Part shown: positions 1-11,232 of the stretch, piece by piece
Numbering within the stretch: position 1 is the first letter of the stretch
Layout of the letters: each line of letters starts with the position of its first letter
From: Acidimicrobiaceae bacterium
Lineage (GTDB): Bacteria; Actinomycetota; Acidimicrobiia; Acidimicrobiales; RAAP-2
Assembly (NCBI GenBank): GCA_013044285.1
Contig: JABEUS010000110.1
Span: 1 to 47,312 of the forward strand
Direction of reading: 5' to 3'
DNA: 47,312 nucleotides
The notes under the pieces: model-generated
Databases searched by the model: none
What the model was told of the DNA's origin: nothing
What the model saw: the letters and a program-made list of their open reading frames with translations, nothing else
Translations under genes and position numbers: made by a program

Positions 1-423
1 GTACTCACCCCGTCGGGTGTCTACGATCGCCAATTCGTCGCCCGGGTGATCTTCTCCGACGAGTCGGCGCGACGGCGCCTGAACTCGATAATTCACCCCG
101 CCGTGGGACGTCGTCTGCGAGAGTTCCTCGACGAACAAGACCCCGACGCGACGGCAGCCTTCGTGGCCATACCGCTCATGCGTCCCGAGCACCGAGTGCA
201 GCTCGCCCTCGACGAGGTCTGGGTCCTCGAGGTCTCGCCCGACGAAGCGCTGCGTCGTCTGGTCGCGGGGCGCGGTATGAGTGAGGAAGACGCTCGAGCT
301 CGCCTGCGGGCCCAGCTCGACAACGAGGCTCGCCGCGCACTGTCCGACGTGGTCCTCGATAACTCGGGCACCCCCGAGCACCTACGGGCCCAGCTCGAGG
401 AACTATTAGGCAGGGGAGTCTGA
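1..423 (+). CDS. coaE: Dephospho-CoA kinase, 5'-truncated by window edge
   Basis: Frame 1 is open from base 1 ([20 protein letters not shown]...RRLNSIIHP...IPL...[14 protein letters not shown]...DVVLDNSG), matching the CoaE C-terminal two-thirds; usual coaE-uvrB adjacency. Confidence 0.92.
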   Translation, partial: VLTPSGVYDRQFVARVIFSDESARRRLNSIIHPAVGRRLREFLDEQDPDATAAFVAIPLMRPEHRVQLALDEVWVLEVSPDEALRRLVAGRGMSEEDARARLRAQLDNEARRALSDVVLDNSGTPEHLRAQLEELLGRGV

Positions 424-425
424 CG

Positions 426-2429
426 GTGACCGAGTTCCGCGTAGAGTCCCCGTTTCAACCCTCCGGTGATCAACCGCGCGCCATCGCCACCCTGGCCAAC
501 GGGGTTGAGGACGGTCTACGCTTTCAGACCCTCGAGGGAATCACCGGGTCGGGTAAGACGGCCACCATCGCCTGGCTGATTGAACGGGTCCAGCGCCCGA
601 CTCTGATTATCGAGCCGAACAAGTCACTCGCCGCTCAGCTGGCGTCGGAGTTGCGCGAGATGCTCCCGAATAACCGCGTGGAGTTCTTCGTCTCCTACTA
701 CGACTACTACCAACCCGAGGCCTACATTCCCCGGACCGATACCTACATTGAGAAGGATTCGGCGATCAACGAGGAGATCGACCGACTGCGTCACGCGGCC
801 ACTTCCTCGCTCTTGACTCGTCGTGACTCGGTCGTCGTGGCCTCGGTCTCGTGTATCTACGGATTGGGTTCGCCCCTCGAGTACCGCGACCGGATGGTGC
901 GCCTGGAGGTCGGAGCACGACTCGAGCAGCGCGCCCTGCTCCGTCGACTAGTGGAGATGCAGTACTCGCGCAACGACTTAGTCATCGAACGGGGAAATTT
1001 TCGGGTGAAGGGTGACACCCTGGAGATCCAACCGGCCTACACGTCCGAAGCGTTGCGGGTCTCCTTTTTCGGTGACGAAGTGGAGTCGATCGAGTTCTTT
1101 AACCCCCTGACCCAGGAACGCCGAGGCCGAGTCGACGACGTCACCCTCTTTGCGGCCTCGCACTACGCCACCAGTGCGGAGACTCTCCAGCGAGCGATTC
1201 GCACGATCGAGGTGGAGTTGGGCGAACAACTCAACCGATTCGAGGCGGAGGGCAAACTTCTAGAAGCGCAGCGACTGCGCTCACGCACCGAACACGACCT
1301 CGAGATGCTCGAGCAAACGGGAATCTGCTCCGGTATTGAGAACTACTCCGCCCACCTGGACGGACGCTCGCGCGGAGAACGTCCCTACACCCTCCTCGAC
1401 TACTTCCCGAGCGACTTTCTCGTGGTGGTCGACGAGTCCCACGTCGCCATACCCCAGATTCGGGGTCAGTACGCCGGGGACCGTTCCCGCAAGGAGACCC
1501 TGGTCGAGCACGGGTTTCGCCTCCCGAGCGCCCTCGATAACCGACCGCTGAGCGCCGACGAGTTCTGGAACCTGGTTCCCCAGGCGGTCTTCGTCTCGGC
1601 GACCCCGGGCCCCTTCGAGGCAGAACACGCCGACCAGGTCGCCGAGCAGGTCATTCGCCCGACCGGACTCTTAGACCCGGTTCTGCGGGTGGTGCCCACG
1701 AGGAACCAAATCGACGACCTACGCGAACGCCTCGGTGAGGTGGTCGCTCGAGGGGACCGGGCCCTCGTGACGACGTTAACGAAACGGATGGCCGAAGATC
1801 TCACTAACTACCTGGTGAAGTCCGGTCTGAAGGTGCAGTACCTGCACAGCGACATCGACACCATCCAGCGCATCGAGATTCTTCGTTCTCTCCGCCTCGG
1901 CGAGTTCGACATCCTCGTCGGTATCAACCTCCTGCGCGAGGGCCTCGACCTGCCGGAGGTCTCCCTCGTCGCGATTCTCGACGCGGACAAGGAGGGCTTC
2001 TTGCGTTCGCGCTCGGCCCTCATCCAGACCATCGGTCGCGCCGCTCGAAACGCCCGGGGGGAGGCGATTCTCTACGGCGACTCCATTACCGACTCGATGC
2101 GCGAGGCCATCACCACCACCGAGCGACGTCGCCAGATGCAGATTGCCTACAACGAGGAACACGGCATCACCCCGACCACGGTCACGAAGAACGTCGCCGA
2201 CATCCTGAACCGCCTACGCTCGGAGACCGCCTCAGCGCCGGTGGTGCAGGCGACCCCGATGTTCGCCGACGACTTGGAACGTGAAATGGCCCGGGTCGAG
2301 GAGGCGATGTTGGAGGCCGCGCGAGAGCTGCGCTTCGAAGAAGCGGCCGCTCTGCGCGACTATCTACACACTCTGCACGCCCAGGGTCTCGACGCGCGCG
2401 ATATCGTGGAGATTGAGGTTCCGACCTAA
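426..2429 (+). CDS. uvrB: Excinuclease ABC subunit B
   Basis: GDQP, Walker [19 protein letters not shown] beta-hairpin, [15 protein letters not shown]-terminal UVR motif ([11 protein letters not shown]). Confidence 0.99.
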   Translation: MTEFRVESPFQPSGDQPRAIATLANGVEDGLRFQTLEGITGSGKTATIAWLIERVQRPTLIIEPNKSLAAQLASELREMLPNNRVEFFVSYYDYYQPEAYIPRTDTYIEKDSAINEEIDRLRHAATSSLLTRRDSVVVASVSCIYGLGSPLEYRDRMVRLEVGARLEQRALLRRLVEMQYSRNDLVIERGNFRVKGDTLEIQPAYTSEALRVSFFGDEVESIEFFNPLTQERRGRVDDVTLFAASHYATSAETLQRAIRTIEVELGEQLNRFEAEGKLLEAQRLRSRTEHDLEMLEQTGICSGIENYSAHLDGRSRGERPYTLLDYFPSDFLVVVDESHVAIPQIRGQYAGDRSRKETLVEHGFRLPSALDNRPLSADEFWNLVPQAVFVSATPGPFEAEHADQVAEQVIRPTGLLDPVLRVVPTRNQIDDLRERLGEVVARGDRALVTTLTKRMAEDLTNYLVKSGLKVQYLHSDIDTIQRIEILRSLRLGEFDILVGINLLREGLDLPEVSLVAILDADKEGFLRSRSALIQTIGRAARNARGEAILYGDSITDSMREAITTTERRRQMQIAYNEEHGITPTTVTKNVADILNRLRSETASAPVVQATPMFADDLEREMARVEEAMLEAARELRFEEAAALRDYLHTLHAQGLDARDIVEIEVPT

Positions 2430-2433
2430 TGGG

Positions 2434-2439
2434 TAGATT
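2434..2439 (+). promoter_or_regulatory. Putative -10 element (TAGATT) of a leaderless uvrA transcript
   Basis: TANNNT hexamer 6 nt before GTG 2446; no Shine-Dalgarno in between. Confidence 0.6.
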
Positions 2440-2445
2440 TCTCGA

Positions 2446-5283
2446 GTGACTTCGTCGATACGTATCCAGGGCGCCAGAGTCCACAACCTCAAGAATCTGA
2501 ACCTCGAGATTCCTCGCGACCAGTTGGTGGTCTTCACCGGCCTTTCGGGGTCCGGCAAGTCCTCACTGGCCTTCGACACCATCTACGCCGAGGGTCAACG
2601 GCGCTACGTCGAGAGTCTGTCGGCCTACGCCCGCCAGTTCCTCGGTCAGATGGACAAGCCCGATGTCGACTTCATCGAGGGGTTATCCCCGGCCATCTCC
2701 ATCGACCAGAAGACCGCGTCTCGCAATCCCCGCTCCACCGTCGGCACCATCACCGAGGTCTACGACTACCTACGCCTACTGTTCGCCCGGATTGGGGTGC
2801 CCCACTGTCCCACCTGCGGACGACTGGTCAGTCGTCAGACCCCCCAGCAGATCGTCGACCAAATACTTTCCACGCCCGACGCCGGCCGATTCATGATCAT
2901 GGCGACGGTGGTCGAGGGGCGAAAGGGGGAGTACTCCAGTCTCCTCGACGAGTTGGCGGGACAGGGATTTTCTCGAGTCCGCGTCGACGGCACCATCCAC
3001 GAACTCGCGGACCGGGCGGATCTCACTCTGGCGCGCTACGAGCAGCACACCATCGAGGTGGTGGTGGACCGTTTGAGCTCCACGAGCGCCGATCGCCAGC
3101 GCCTGACCGAAGCGGTGGAGACAGCCCTGCGGCTGACGAAGGGAACGGTCTCGATCTGGTGGGTCGACAGTGAGGTCCGCGAACAGTTCTCCGAAAAGAT
3201 GGCGTGCGTCCACTGCGGAGTGAGTTTCACGGAGCTGGCCCCCCGCGACTTCTCCTTCAACTCGCCCTACGGAGCGTGCGCCACCTGCAGCGGACTCGGC
3301 ACCCGTTTCGAGGTGGACCCCGATCTCGTAGTTCCCGACCCCACGTTGTCACTCGCCGAGGGGGCGCTCGCCCCCTGGGGTGGGGCGCGGTATAAGTACT
3401 TCGAACGCTTGATCGAGGGAGTGGCCGACCTCGGAGGCTTCGACATCCAGACGCCCTGGAAGAAGTTGCGGGCGAAGGACCGAAAACTGGTGCTGTACGG
3501 AGTGGACAATAAGAGCGTGCCGATCAAGTTCCGGAATCGCTACGGACGCACGAAGTCCTACGAGACTACTTACAACGGCATCGTCGAGTGGTTGGATCGC
3601 AAGCGCAACGACGCCGACGGGGAGTGGTCGCGCGAACAGGCCGAGCAGTTCATGCGCGAGGTCGAGTGCACGGCCTGCGCCGGACGGCGCTTAAAGCCCG
3701 AGATCCTCGCCGTCCAGATTCAGGACCACAACATCGCCAGCGTGTCCGACCTGCCCATCGACGAGGCGGTGTCGTTCTTCTCCGATCTTCAGTTGAGTGA
3801 ACGTGACGCGACCATCGCCCGACAGGTCGTGAAGGAGATTCTCGCCCGACTGCAGTTCTTGATGGACGTGGGCCTCGACTACCTCACCTTGTCGAGAGCG
3901 TCGGCGACTCTCTCGGGCGGAGAGGCTCAGCGCATTCGTCTCGCCAGTCAGATCGGTAGCTATCTCGTGGGAGTGCTCTACGTTCTCGACGAACCCTCGA
4001 TCGGACTACACCAACGGGATAATCGACGTTTGATCAGCACCCTCGAACGTCTCCGCGATCTCGGTAACTCGGTCATCGTGGTCGAGCACGACGAGGAGAC
4101 CATTCGTTTGGCCGACTTCGTCGTCGACATTGGCCCGGGGGCCGGAGAACACGGTGGTCAGGTGGTCCACGCCGGAACGGTGGAGGAACTTCTCGCCAAT
4201 CCCGACTCGCTCACGGGTCAGTACCTCTCGGGCAAGCGTCAGATCGCCGTGCCGGCGACCCGGCGTGTGCCCCAGGGCGAGGTGCTGAAGGTGGTCGGAG
4301 CGAAGGCTAACAATCTCCAAAACCTCACCGTCTCTTTTCCCCTCGGGGTCTTCGTGGCGGTGACCGGAGTCTCGGGTTCGGGTAAGTCGACACTGGTGAA
4401 CGGAATTCTCCTCGCCCACCTCGAGCGCGAGATCAACCGGGCGAAGACCACCCCGGCGGCCCACACCCGAATCGAGGGTGTGAAGCTCCTGGACAAGGTG
4501 GTCGCCGTCGACCAACAACCCATCGGACGGACCCCTCGTTCTAATCCGGCGACGTACACCGGAGTCTTCGACAAGGTGCGCAAACTCTTCGCCGAAGTTC
4601 CCGAAGCGAAAACGCGGGGATACCAACAGGGACGTTTCTCCTTTAACGTCAAGGGCGGTCGGTGCGAAGCCTGCGCCGGTGACGGGACGATCAAAATCGA
4701 GATGCACTTCTTGCCCGACGTCTACGTCAACTGTGAAGCCTGCGACGGTGCTCGCTACAACCGCGAGACGCTGGAGATTCGCTACCGGGAGCGCTCCATC
4801 GCCGACGTCCTCGATATGCCGATCGCCGAGGGGCTGGAGTTCTTCGCTCGCCAGCCCTCGATCGCGCGTCACCTCCAGGCCCTGGTCGACGTCGGGCTCG
4901 GTTACGTACGACTCGGCCAACCGGCTCCGACCCTCTCGGGAGGTGAAGCCCAGCGGGTGAAGTTGGCGACCGAACTGGCCCGACGCCCGACCGGGCACAC
5001 CCTCTACGTCCTCGACGAGCCCACGACGGGTCTGCACTTCGAGGACGTCCACCGGCTCCTCAGCGTTCTGCACCGTTTAGTGGACCAGGGCAACACCGTC
5101 GTGACGATTGAGCACAACCTCGACGTGATTAAGACCGCCGACTGGATCGTGGACCTCGGACCGGAGGGGGGTCGGCGCGGGGGACTCCTCGTGGGAGAGG
5201 GCGTCCCCGAACACGTGGCCACCCTGGAGACCGCGACGGGCACCGTCCTGCGAGAGGTGCTGGAGCACGCGGGCAGGATCTAG
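2446..5283 (+). CDS. uvrA: Excinuclease ABC subunit A
   Basis: Two ABC ATPase modules ([16 protein letters not shown], two LSGGEAQR), several CxxC zinc fingers. Confidence 0.99.
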   Translation: MTSSIRIQGARVHNLKNLNLEIPRDQLVVFTGLSGSGKSSLAFDTIYAEGQRRYVESLSAYARQFLGQMDKPDVDFIEGLSPAISIDQKTASRNPRSTVGTITEVYDYLRLLFARIGVPHCPTCGRLVSRQTPQQIVDQILSTPDAGRFMIMATVVEGRKGEYSSLLDELAGQGFSRVRVDGTIHELADRADLTLARYEQHTIEVVVDRLSSTSADRQRLTEAVETALRLTKGTVSIWWVDSEVREQFSEKMACVHCGVSFTELAPRDFSFNSPYGACATCSGLGTRFEVDPDLVVPDPTLSLAEGALAPWGGARYKYFERLIEGVADLGGFDIQTPWKKLRAKDRKLVLYGVDNKSVPIKFRNRYGRTKSYETTYNGIVEWLDRKRNDADGEWSREQAEQFMREVECTACAGRRLKPEILAVQIQDHNIASVSDLPIDEAVSFFSDLQLSERDATIARQVVKEILARLQFLMDVGLDYLTLSRASATLSGGEAQRIRLASQIGSYLVGVLYVLDEPSIGLHQRDNRRLISTLERLRDLGNSVIVVEHDEETIRLADFVVDIGPGAGEHGGQVVHAGTVEELLANPDSLTGQYLSGKRQIAVPATRRVPQGEVLKVVGAKANNLQNLTVSFPLGVFVAVTGVSGSGKSTLVNGILLAHLEREINRAKTTPAAHTRIEGVKLLDKVVAVDQQPIGRTPRSNPATYTGVFDKVRKLFAEVPEAKTRGYQQGRFSFNVKGGRCEACAGDGTIKIEMHFLPDVYVNCEACDGARYNRETLEIRYRERSIADVLDMPIAEGLEFFARQPSIARHLQALVDVGLGYVRLGQPAPTLSGGEAQRVKLATELARRPTGHTLYVLDEPTTGLHFEDVHRLLSVLHRLVDQGNTVVTIEHNLDVIKTADWIVDLGPEGGRRGGLLVGEGVPEHVATLETATGTVLREVLEHAGRI

Positions 5284-7140
5284 GTGCTCACCAAGCCGAC
5301 CGATATTCCGGCCACTCCCGGCTGCTACCTCTACCGTAACGACGCCGGTGACGTGGTCTACGTCGGTAAGGCCAAGTCACTGAAGGCCCGACTGTCCAAC
5401 TACTTTCAGCGCCCCGAGGTCCTCGACCAAAAGACTCGGGCCCTGATGGAGGAGGCGACTCACCTCGAGTGGATTGTCGTGAAGACCGAGGCCGACGCCT
5501 TGCTCTTGGAGAACGACCTCATCAAGTCGTACCAGCCGCGCTACAACCTGCGCCTGAAGGACGACAAGAGCTACCCCTACGTGGCCCTCGACCAGCGCAG
5601 CCTCTTCCCCGTGGCGTACCTCACCCGAGCTCGCCACGTGAAGGGGGTCAAGTACTTCGGGCCCTACATCGAGGTGCGACCGGTGCGCACCATGATCGAC
5701 GAGTTACTTCAGACCTTTCCCCTACGCTCGTGCTCGACGTCCAAGTTCGAACTGCACCAACGGCTTCAGCGTCCCTGCCTGCTCTACGACATCAAGAAGT
5801 GTTCGGGGCCCTGCATCGGCGCCATCGAGGAGGAGGAGTACAAGTCCCTGGTCGATCACTGGGCTCGATTCTTCGACGGTGATGTGAAGCCGCTGCGGGG
5901 AATACTGACCGAGCAGATGACGACCTCGGCCGGACTTCGTCACTACGAGGCCGCCGCGAAGTACCGCGACGCCCTGGGGGCACTCGAGCGAGCCGCGTCC
6001 GCCCAGCACGTGGTGCTCGCCGAGACGGAGAATCTCGACGTGGTCGCGGTGGCGACCCACCAGTCGCGGGCCGTCACGGTTCGGTTCCGGGTGCGCCACG
6101 GTCGCATCATCGGGCGAAGCGTCCACTACGTCGACCGATCGATGGACGAGGACGAGGCGCAGATCCTCGAGGCCGTTATCTCCGAACTCTTCACCGACTC
6201 CGCGGATATTCCCGCGCTCGTAGTGGTCTCGGCGGAGGCGGCCCGTTCGGACTGGGTCGCTGATACCCTCAGCCAGCGCCGGGGACGACGGGTGACCGTG
6301 TTCGCTCCGGCGAGAGGACAGCGCCGACGGGTCTTAGAGACCGCCGAGCACGACGCGCGCTCTCTCATCGAACGCGACACCGTGCGGCGCGAAGCGGACC
6401 ACAACGTGCGTTCTCGAGCGCTACGCGAGTTGGCCGACGCTCTCCAACTACCCGCTCCGCCGTACCGCATGGAGTGCTTCGACATGAGCCACCTCCAGGG
6501 CACCAACTACGTCGGCTCCATGGTGGTCTTCGAGGATGGACTTCCGGCGAAGGACCAGTACCGGCACTTCAACATCAAGGAGATTCTCGGTAACGACGAC
6601 GCCGGGGCAATGGCCGAAGTGGTGCGCCGGCGCCTGGTGCGCTGGCGCGACGACCAGAGTGGGCGATTTCGCCCCTCCAACCTCGTCATCATCGACGGTG
6701 GACTTCCCCAACTCGGGGCGGTCCTGCGTATCGCCGAGGAACTCGGCATGACCTCCATCGAGTTCGTCGCCCTGGCTAAGCGCGAGGAACTGCTCTATCG
6801 CCCGGGACGAGAGGATCCGGTGTACCTCGAGCGCGGCTCAGAGGCTCTCTACCTGGTCCAGCGTATTCGCGACGAGGCCCACCGCTTCGCCATTACCTTT
6901 CACCGTTCGAAGCGGGGTCGTTCGATGGTCCACTCCCTGCTCGATGGGGTAGAGGGCCTCGGTCCTAAACGCCGGGACCGACTTCTCGAGGTTTTCGGAT
7001 CGGTCTCGGTCATTCGCTCGGCCAGTCTGGAGGAGTTACGGGCCCTCAGTTGGCTTCCCGAGGAGGTTGCTCAGAACATCTACGATGCCTTGAGGGCTCC
7101 GGGTCGACCGGTGCTGAAGCGAGGACGCGACGATGACTGA
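5284..7140 (+). CDS. uvrC: Excinuclease ABC subunit C
   Basis: N-terminal GIY-YIG (PGCYLY...YVGKAKSL..RL..YF), Cys-rich region, RNase H-like domain (ECFDMSH, IDGG), RDEAHRFA, HhH tail. Confidence 0.98.
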   Translation: MLTKPTDIPATPGCYLYRNDAGDVVYVGKAKSLKARLSNYFQRPEVLDQKTRALMEEATHLEWIVVKTEADALLLENDLIKSYQPRYNLRLKDDKSYPYVALDQRSLFPVAYLTRARHVKGVKYFGPYIEVRPVRTMIDELLQTFPLRSCSTSKFELHQRLQRPCLLYDIKKCSGPCIGAIEEEEYKSLVDHWARFFDGDVKPLRGILTEQMTTSAGLRHYEAAAKYRDALGALERAASAQHVVLAETENLDVVAVATHQSRAVTVRFRVRHGRIIGRSVHYVDRSMDEDEAQILEAVISELFTDSADIPALVVVSAEAARSDWVADTLSQRRGRRVTVFAPARGQRRRVLETAEHDARSLIERDTVRREADHNVRSRALRELADALQLPAPPYRMECFDMSHLQGTNYVGSMVVFEDGLPAKDQYRHFNIKEILGNDDAGAMAEVVRRRLVRWRDDQSGRFRPSNLVIIDGGLPQLGAVLRIAEELGMTSIEFVALAKREELLYRPGREDPVYLERGSEALYLVQRIRDEAHRFAITFHRSKRGRSMVHSLLDGVEGLGPKRRDRLLEVFGSVSVIRSASLEELRALSWLPEEVAQNIYDALRAPGRPVLKRGRDDD

Positions 7141-7975
7141 CGTGCTGCTGGTAACCGGGATGTCCGGCGCGGGCCGCTCCACGGTGTCGGCCGCCCTCGA
7201 CGATCTCGGCTGGTTCGTGATCGACAACCTGCCCATCGAGGTTCTCGTGCGAGTGGGGGAGTTGGCGAGCGCCACCGAGAACGAGTCTCGGGGAGTCGCC
7301 TTCATCGTCGGGCGCTCCGGCCAACACCATCCCGAAGCTCTCCTCGAGGCGCGCCGGGAACTGGAACAACTCCAGCCCGGGGTCAAGCTGCTCTTTCTCG
7401 ATGCGCCCGACGACGTCCTGATTCACCGTTACGAGGGGACCCGGCGCCGCCACCCCTTCCCCGGGGCCACCCTGGCCGACTCCATCGGCGCCGAACGAAG
7501 AGTGCTGACTCCCTTGAGGGAGGCGGCCGACATCTTGATCGACACCGGAGCGACGAACACTAACCAGTTACGGACCCGGATTCTGGAGAACTTCGGGACC
7601 CTCGGGCGCGCGCCGCTACGCGTCTCGGTTATGAGTTTCGGCTACTCCCACGGACTACCGCGTGACGTCGACCTGGTCTTCGACGCTCGTTTTTTACCCA
7701 ATCCCCACTGGGTTCCCGAACTCCAACCCCTCACCGGGCTGGATAAGCCCGTCGCCGACTACGTTCTCTCCCACGAGCAGGCCCAACACTTCGTCAACGA
7801 TCTCGTGTCGATGTTGGAGTGGCAGATTCCGGCCTTCGCCGAAGAGGGTAAGTCCTACCTCACCATCGCGGTGGGTTGCACCGGGGGTAAGCACCGATCG
7901 GTCGCCATCGCCGAGGAACTACGCCGGCGTCTCGGTCTCGATAACGAGCCGTTCCACCGCGACGTCAACCGCTGA
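7133..7975 (+). CDS. rapZ: RNase adapter / P-loop NTPase RapZ (YvcJ)
   Basis: TGMSGAGRS, DNLP, TRRRHP, SFG...D.RFLPNP, GCTGGKHRSV. Confidence 0.96.
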   Translation: MTDVLLVTGMSGAGRSTVSAALDDLGWFVIDNLPIEVLVRVGELASATENESRGVAFIVGRSGQHHPEALLEARRELEQLQPGVKLLFLDAPDDVLIHRYEGTRRRHPFPGATLADSIGAERRVLTPLREAADILIDTGATNTNQLRTRILENFGTLGRAPLRVSVMSFGYSHGLPRDVDLVFDARFLPNPHWVPELQPLTGLDKPVADYVLSHEQAQHFVNDLVSMLEWQIPAFAEEGKSYLTIAVGCTGGKHRSVAIAEELRRRLGLDNEPFHRDVNR

Positions 7976-9072
<1,097 letters not shown>

Positions 9073-9073
<1 letters not shown>

Positions 9074-10212
9074 TGGTGACGGGCTATAGCACCCCCGAAG
9101 AGTGGGGGTCCCTCGAGGGTAAGCGGGTTCTCGTTCGCGTGGACTTCAACTGCCCCGTCGCCGAGGTGGACGGTCAGTTAGAGGTGACCGACGACTTTCG
9201 TATTCGCGCCAGTCTGCCCCTCTTTCGTGAGTTGCAGGCCCGCGGGGCGACGGTGGTCGCCGCGACCCACTTCGGGCGCCCCCGGGGCGAGGTCGTAGAG
9301 GAGTTCTCCGTTGCGCCGATCCGGCGCCGCCTGGACGAACTGTGTCCCGGGGTGCAACTCCTCGAGAATCTGCGCTTTTCTCCCGGCGAAGAGGCGAACG
9401 ATCCCGCCTTCGGGGCTTCGTTGGTGGAGGGTATCGACTACTACGTCAACGAGGCCTTTTCGGCGTCGCACCGCGCTCACGCGAGCATCATGATTCCCCC
9501 GACCCTCGTTCCGAGTGCCGCCGGACCAAACTTACTGCGTGAAGTCACGACCCTGGAGTCGATCCTTACTAACCCGGCCCGGCCCTTCGTGGCCATCGTC
9601 GGGGGAGCGAAAGTGAAAGACAAGTTGGGCATCGTGAAGGTGCTCGTCGAGCGAGCCGACACCGTCATTGTGGGTGGGGGGATGGCCTACACCTTCGCCG
9701 CCGCCGAGGGCCGCACCATAGGCTCTTCACTCTTTGACCCCGATCGCCTGGAAGAGTGCGGGCGCTTGCTCGAGACCGGTCGGGTGGAGATCCCGAGTGA
9801 CGCTCTGACGTTGCCCTCCGAGGCGAGTTTTGGTCCCGCCTCGGGTGACGAGGTGCCCGAGGTCGTGACTGAGAATATTCCCGACGGGACTCAAGGCTTG
9901 GACATCGGACCCGCGAGTGCGCAACGGTTCGCCGAGATTATCTCGGGGGCGGCCACGGTTCTCTGGAACGGTCCCATGGGAGTCTTCGAGGACGAGCGTC
10001 TGCGGGCCGGTACCGAGACGGTCGCGCGGGCCGTCGCGGCCTCTCCCGCGGTGTCGGTCATTGGTGGGGGAGACTCCGTCGCCGCACTGCAAATGTTCCA
10101 CTTGGAGGACGAGGTGAGTTTTGTCTCCACCGGAGGCGGCGCCTCCCTCGAGTTTCTAGAGTACGGAGACCTTCCGGGGCTGCGCGCCCTGCGTGAGGGA
10201 CGAGGAGCGTGA
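9073..10212 (+). CDS. pgk: Phosphoglycerate kinase
   Basis: RVDFN, HFGRP, LLENLRF, HRAHAS, GGAKV, WNGPMGVFE, GGGDS, STGGGASLE. Confidence 0.98.
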
Positions 10213-10991
10213 TGGGCCGGGCTCTCGTCATGGGTAACTGGAAGATGAACCTCGACTACGTCGAGGCGGTGCACCTCGTTCAACAACTGGGAGTGCTCGC
10301 GTCCAGTCGACCCCTCGAACACGTCGACATCGCCGTCGTTCCACCCTTCGTAGACCTGCGCTCCGTGACCTCGGTGGTGGAGTCGGAGCGGGTTCCCCTC
10401 ACCGTCGGCGCCCAGCACGTTCACCCTCTCGAATCGGGAGCCCACACCGGAGAGATCTCCGCTCCGATGTTGCGCCGACTCGGCGTGACCTGGGTGCTCG
10501 TCGGACACTCGGAGCGCCGCCAGATGTACGCCATGACCGACGAGGTCGTGGCCCAGACGCTGCAGTCGGCGACTCGTCAGGGACTGGCCGGAGTGCTCTG
10601 CGTCGGTGAGGCGCTCGAGGTGAGAGAGTCGGGACGTCACCTCGGCGTCGTGGCCGACCAACTGCGCAGCGCCCTCGAGGGTCTGAACGAAGCTCAGCGC
10701 GAACTGGTCACCATCGCGTACGAACCTATCTGGGCCATCGGCACCGGGCTCACCGCCGCCACCCCACAAGTTCGTGAGATGACCGAGCAGATTCGGGTCG
10801 TCGCCCAGTCACTGTCTCTCGCCGACGTACGCGTTCTCTACGGCGGATCGGTCAACGCCGATAACGCGGCGTCCCTGGTCAACGAGGGATCCCTCGACGG
10901 TTTCTTGGTGGGAGGAGCCTCCCTCAAGGCCGAATCCTTCTGGGCTATCTGTGAAGCGGCCGAAGACTGCTACTCTGGTCGGGCTAAATAG
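10209..10991 (+). CDS. tpiA: Triosephosphate isomerase
   Basis: GNWKMN, GHSERR, AYEPIWAIGTG, YGGSV, LVGGASL. Confidence 0.99.
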   Translation: MMGRALVMGNWKMNLDYVEAVHLVQQLGVLASSRPLEHVDIAVVPPFVDLRSVTSVVESERVPLTVGAQHVHPLESGAHTGEISAPMLRRLGVTWVLVGHSERRQMYAMTDEVVAQTLQSATRQGLAGVLCVGEALEVRESGRHLGVVADQLRSALEGLNEAQRELVTIAYEPIWAIGTGLTAATPQVREMTEQIRVVAQSLSLADVRVLYGGSVNADNAASLVNEGSLDGFLVGGASLKAESFWAICEAAEDCYSGRAK

Positions 10992-10998
10992 GAGTGTC

Positions 10999-11229
10999 AT
11001 GGTCACCTGGGCTTTTATCATCATCGAAGTCATCTCGGCGCTCGGTTTGGTCTTTCTAATCCTCCTGCACTCCGGTAAAGGTGGGGGGATTTCCGACCTA
11101 CTCGGAGGTTCCATGGGGTCGGTCGCCTCCGGTTCGACGGTCGTGGAAAAGAACCTCGACCGCATCACCGTGGCCGTGTCCCTGGTCTTCGTCTTTACGA
11201 CCCTGACGCTCGACCTGCGTCTGCAGTAG
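10999..11229 (+). CDS. secG: Preprotein translocase subunit SecG
   Basis: ILLHSGKGGGISD...VVEKNLDRIT, two hydrophobic helices; ATG 10999 behind SD AGGAG; usual position after tpiA. Confidence 0.95.
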   Translation: MVTWAFIIIEVISALGLVFLILLHSGKGGGISDLLGGSMGSVASGSTVVEKNLDRITVAVSLVFVFTTLTLDLRLQ

Positions 11230-11232
11230 GGA

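Noticed and set aside
2569-2581. 13-bp match GCCTTCGACACCA to the tRNA-Leu 3' end (possible att site); shorter match near 21610
   Set aside because: Both lie inside conserved coding sequence (UvrA SLAFDTI; NUDIX) and would bracket core genes; chance matches
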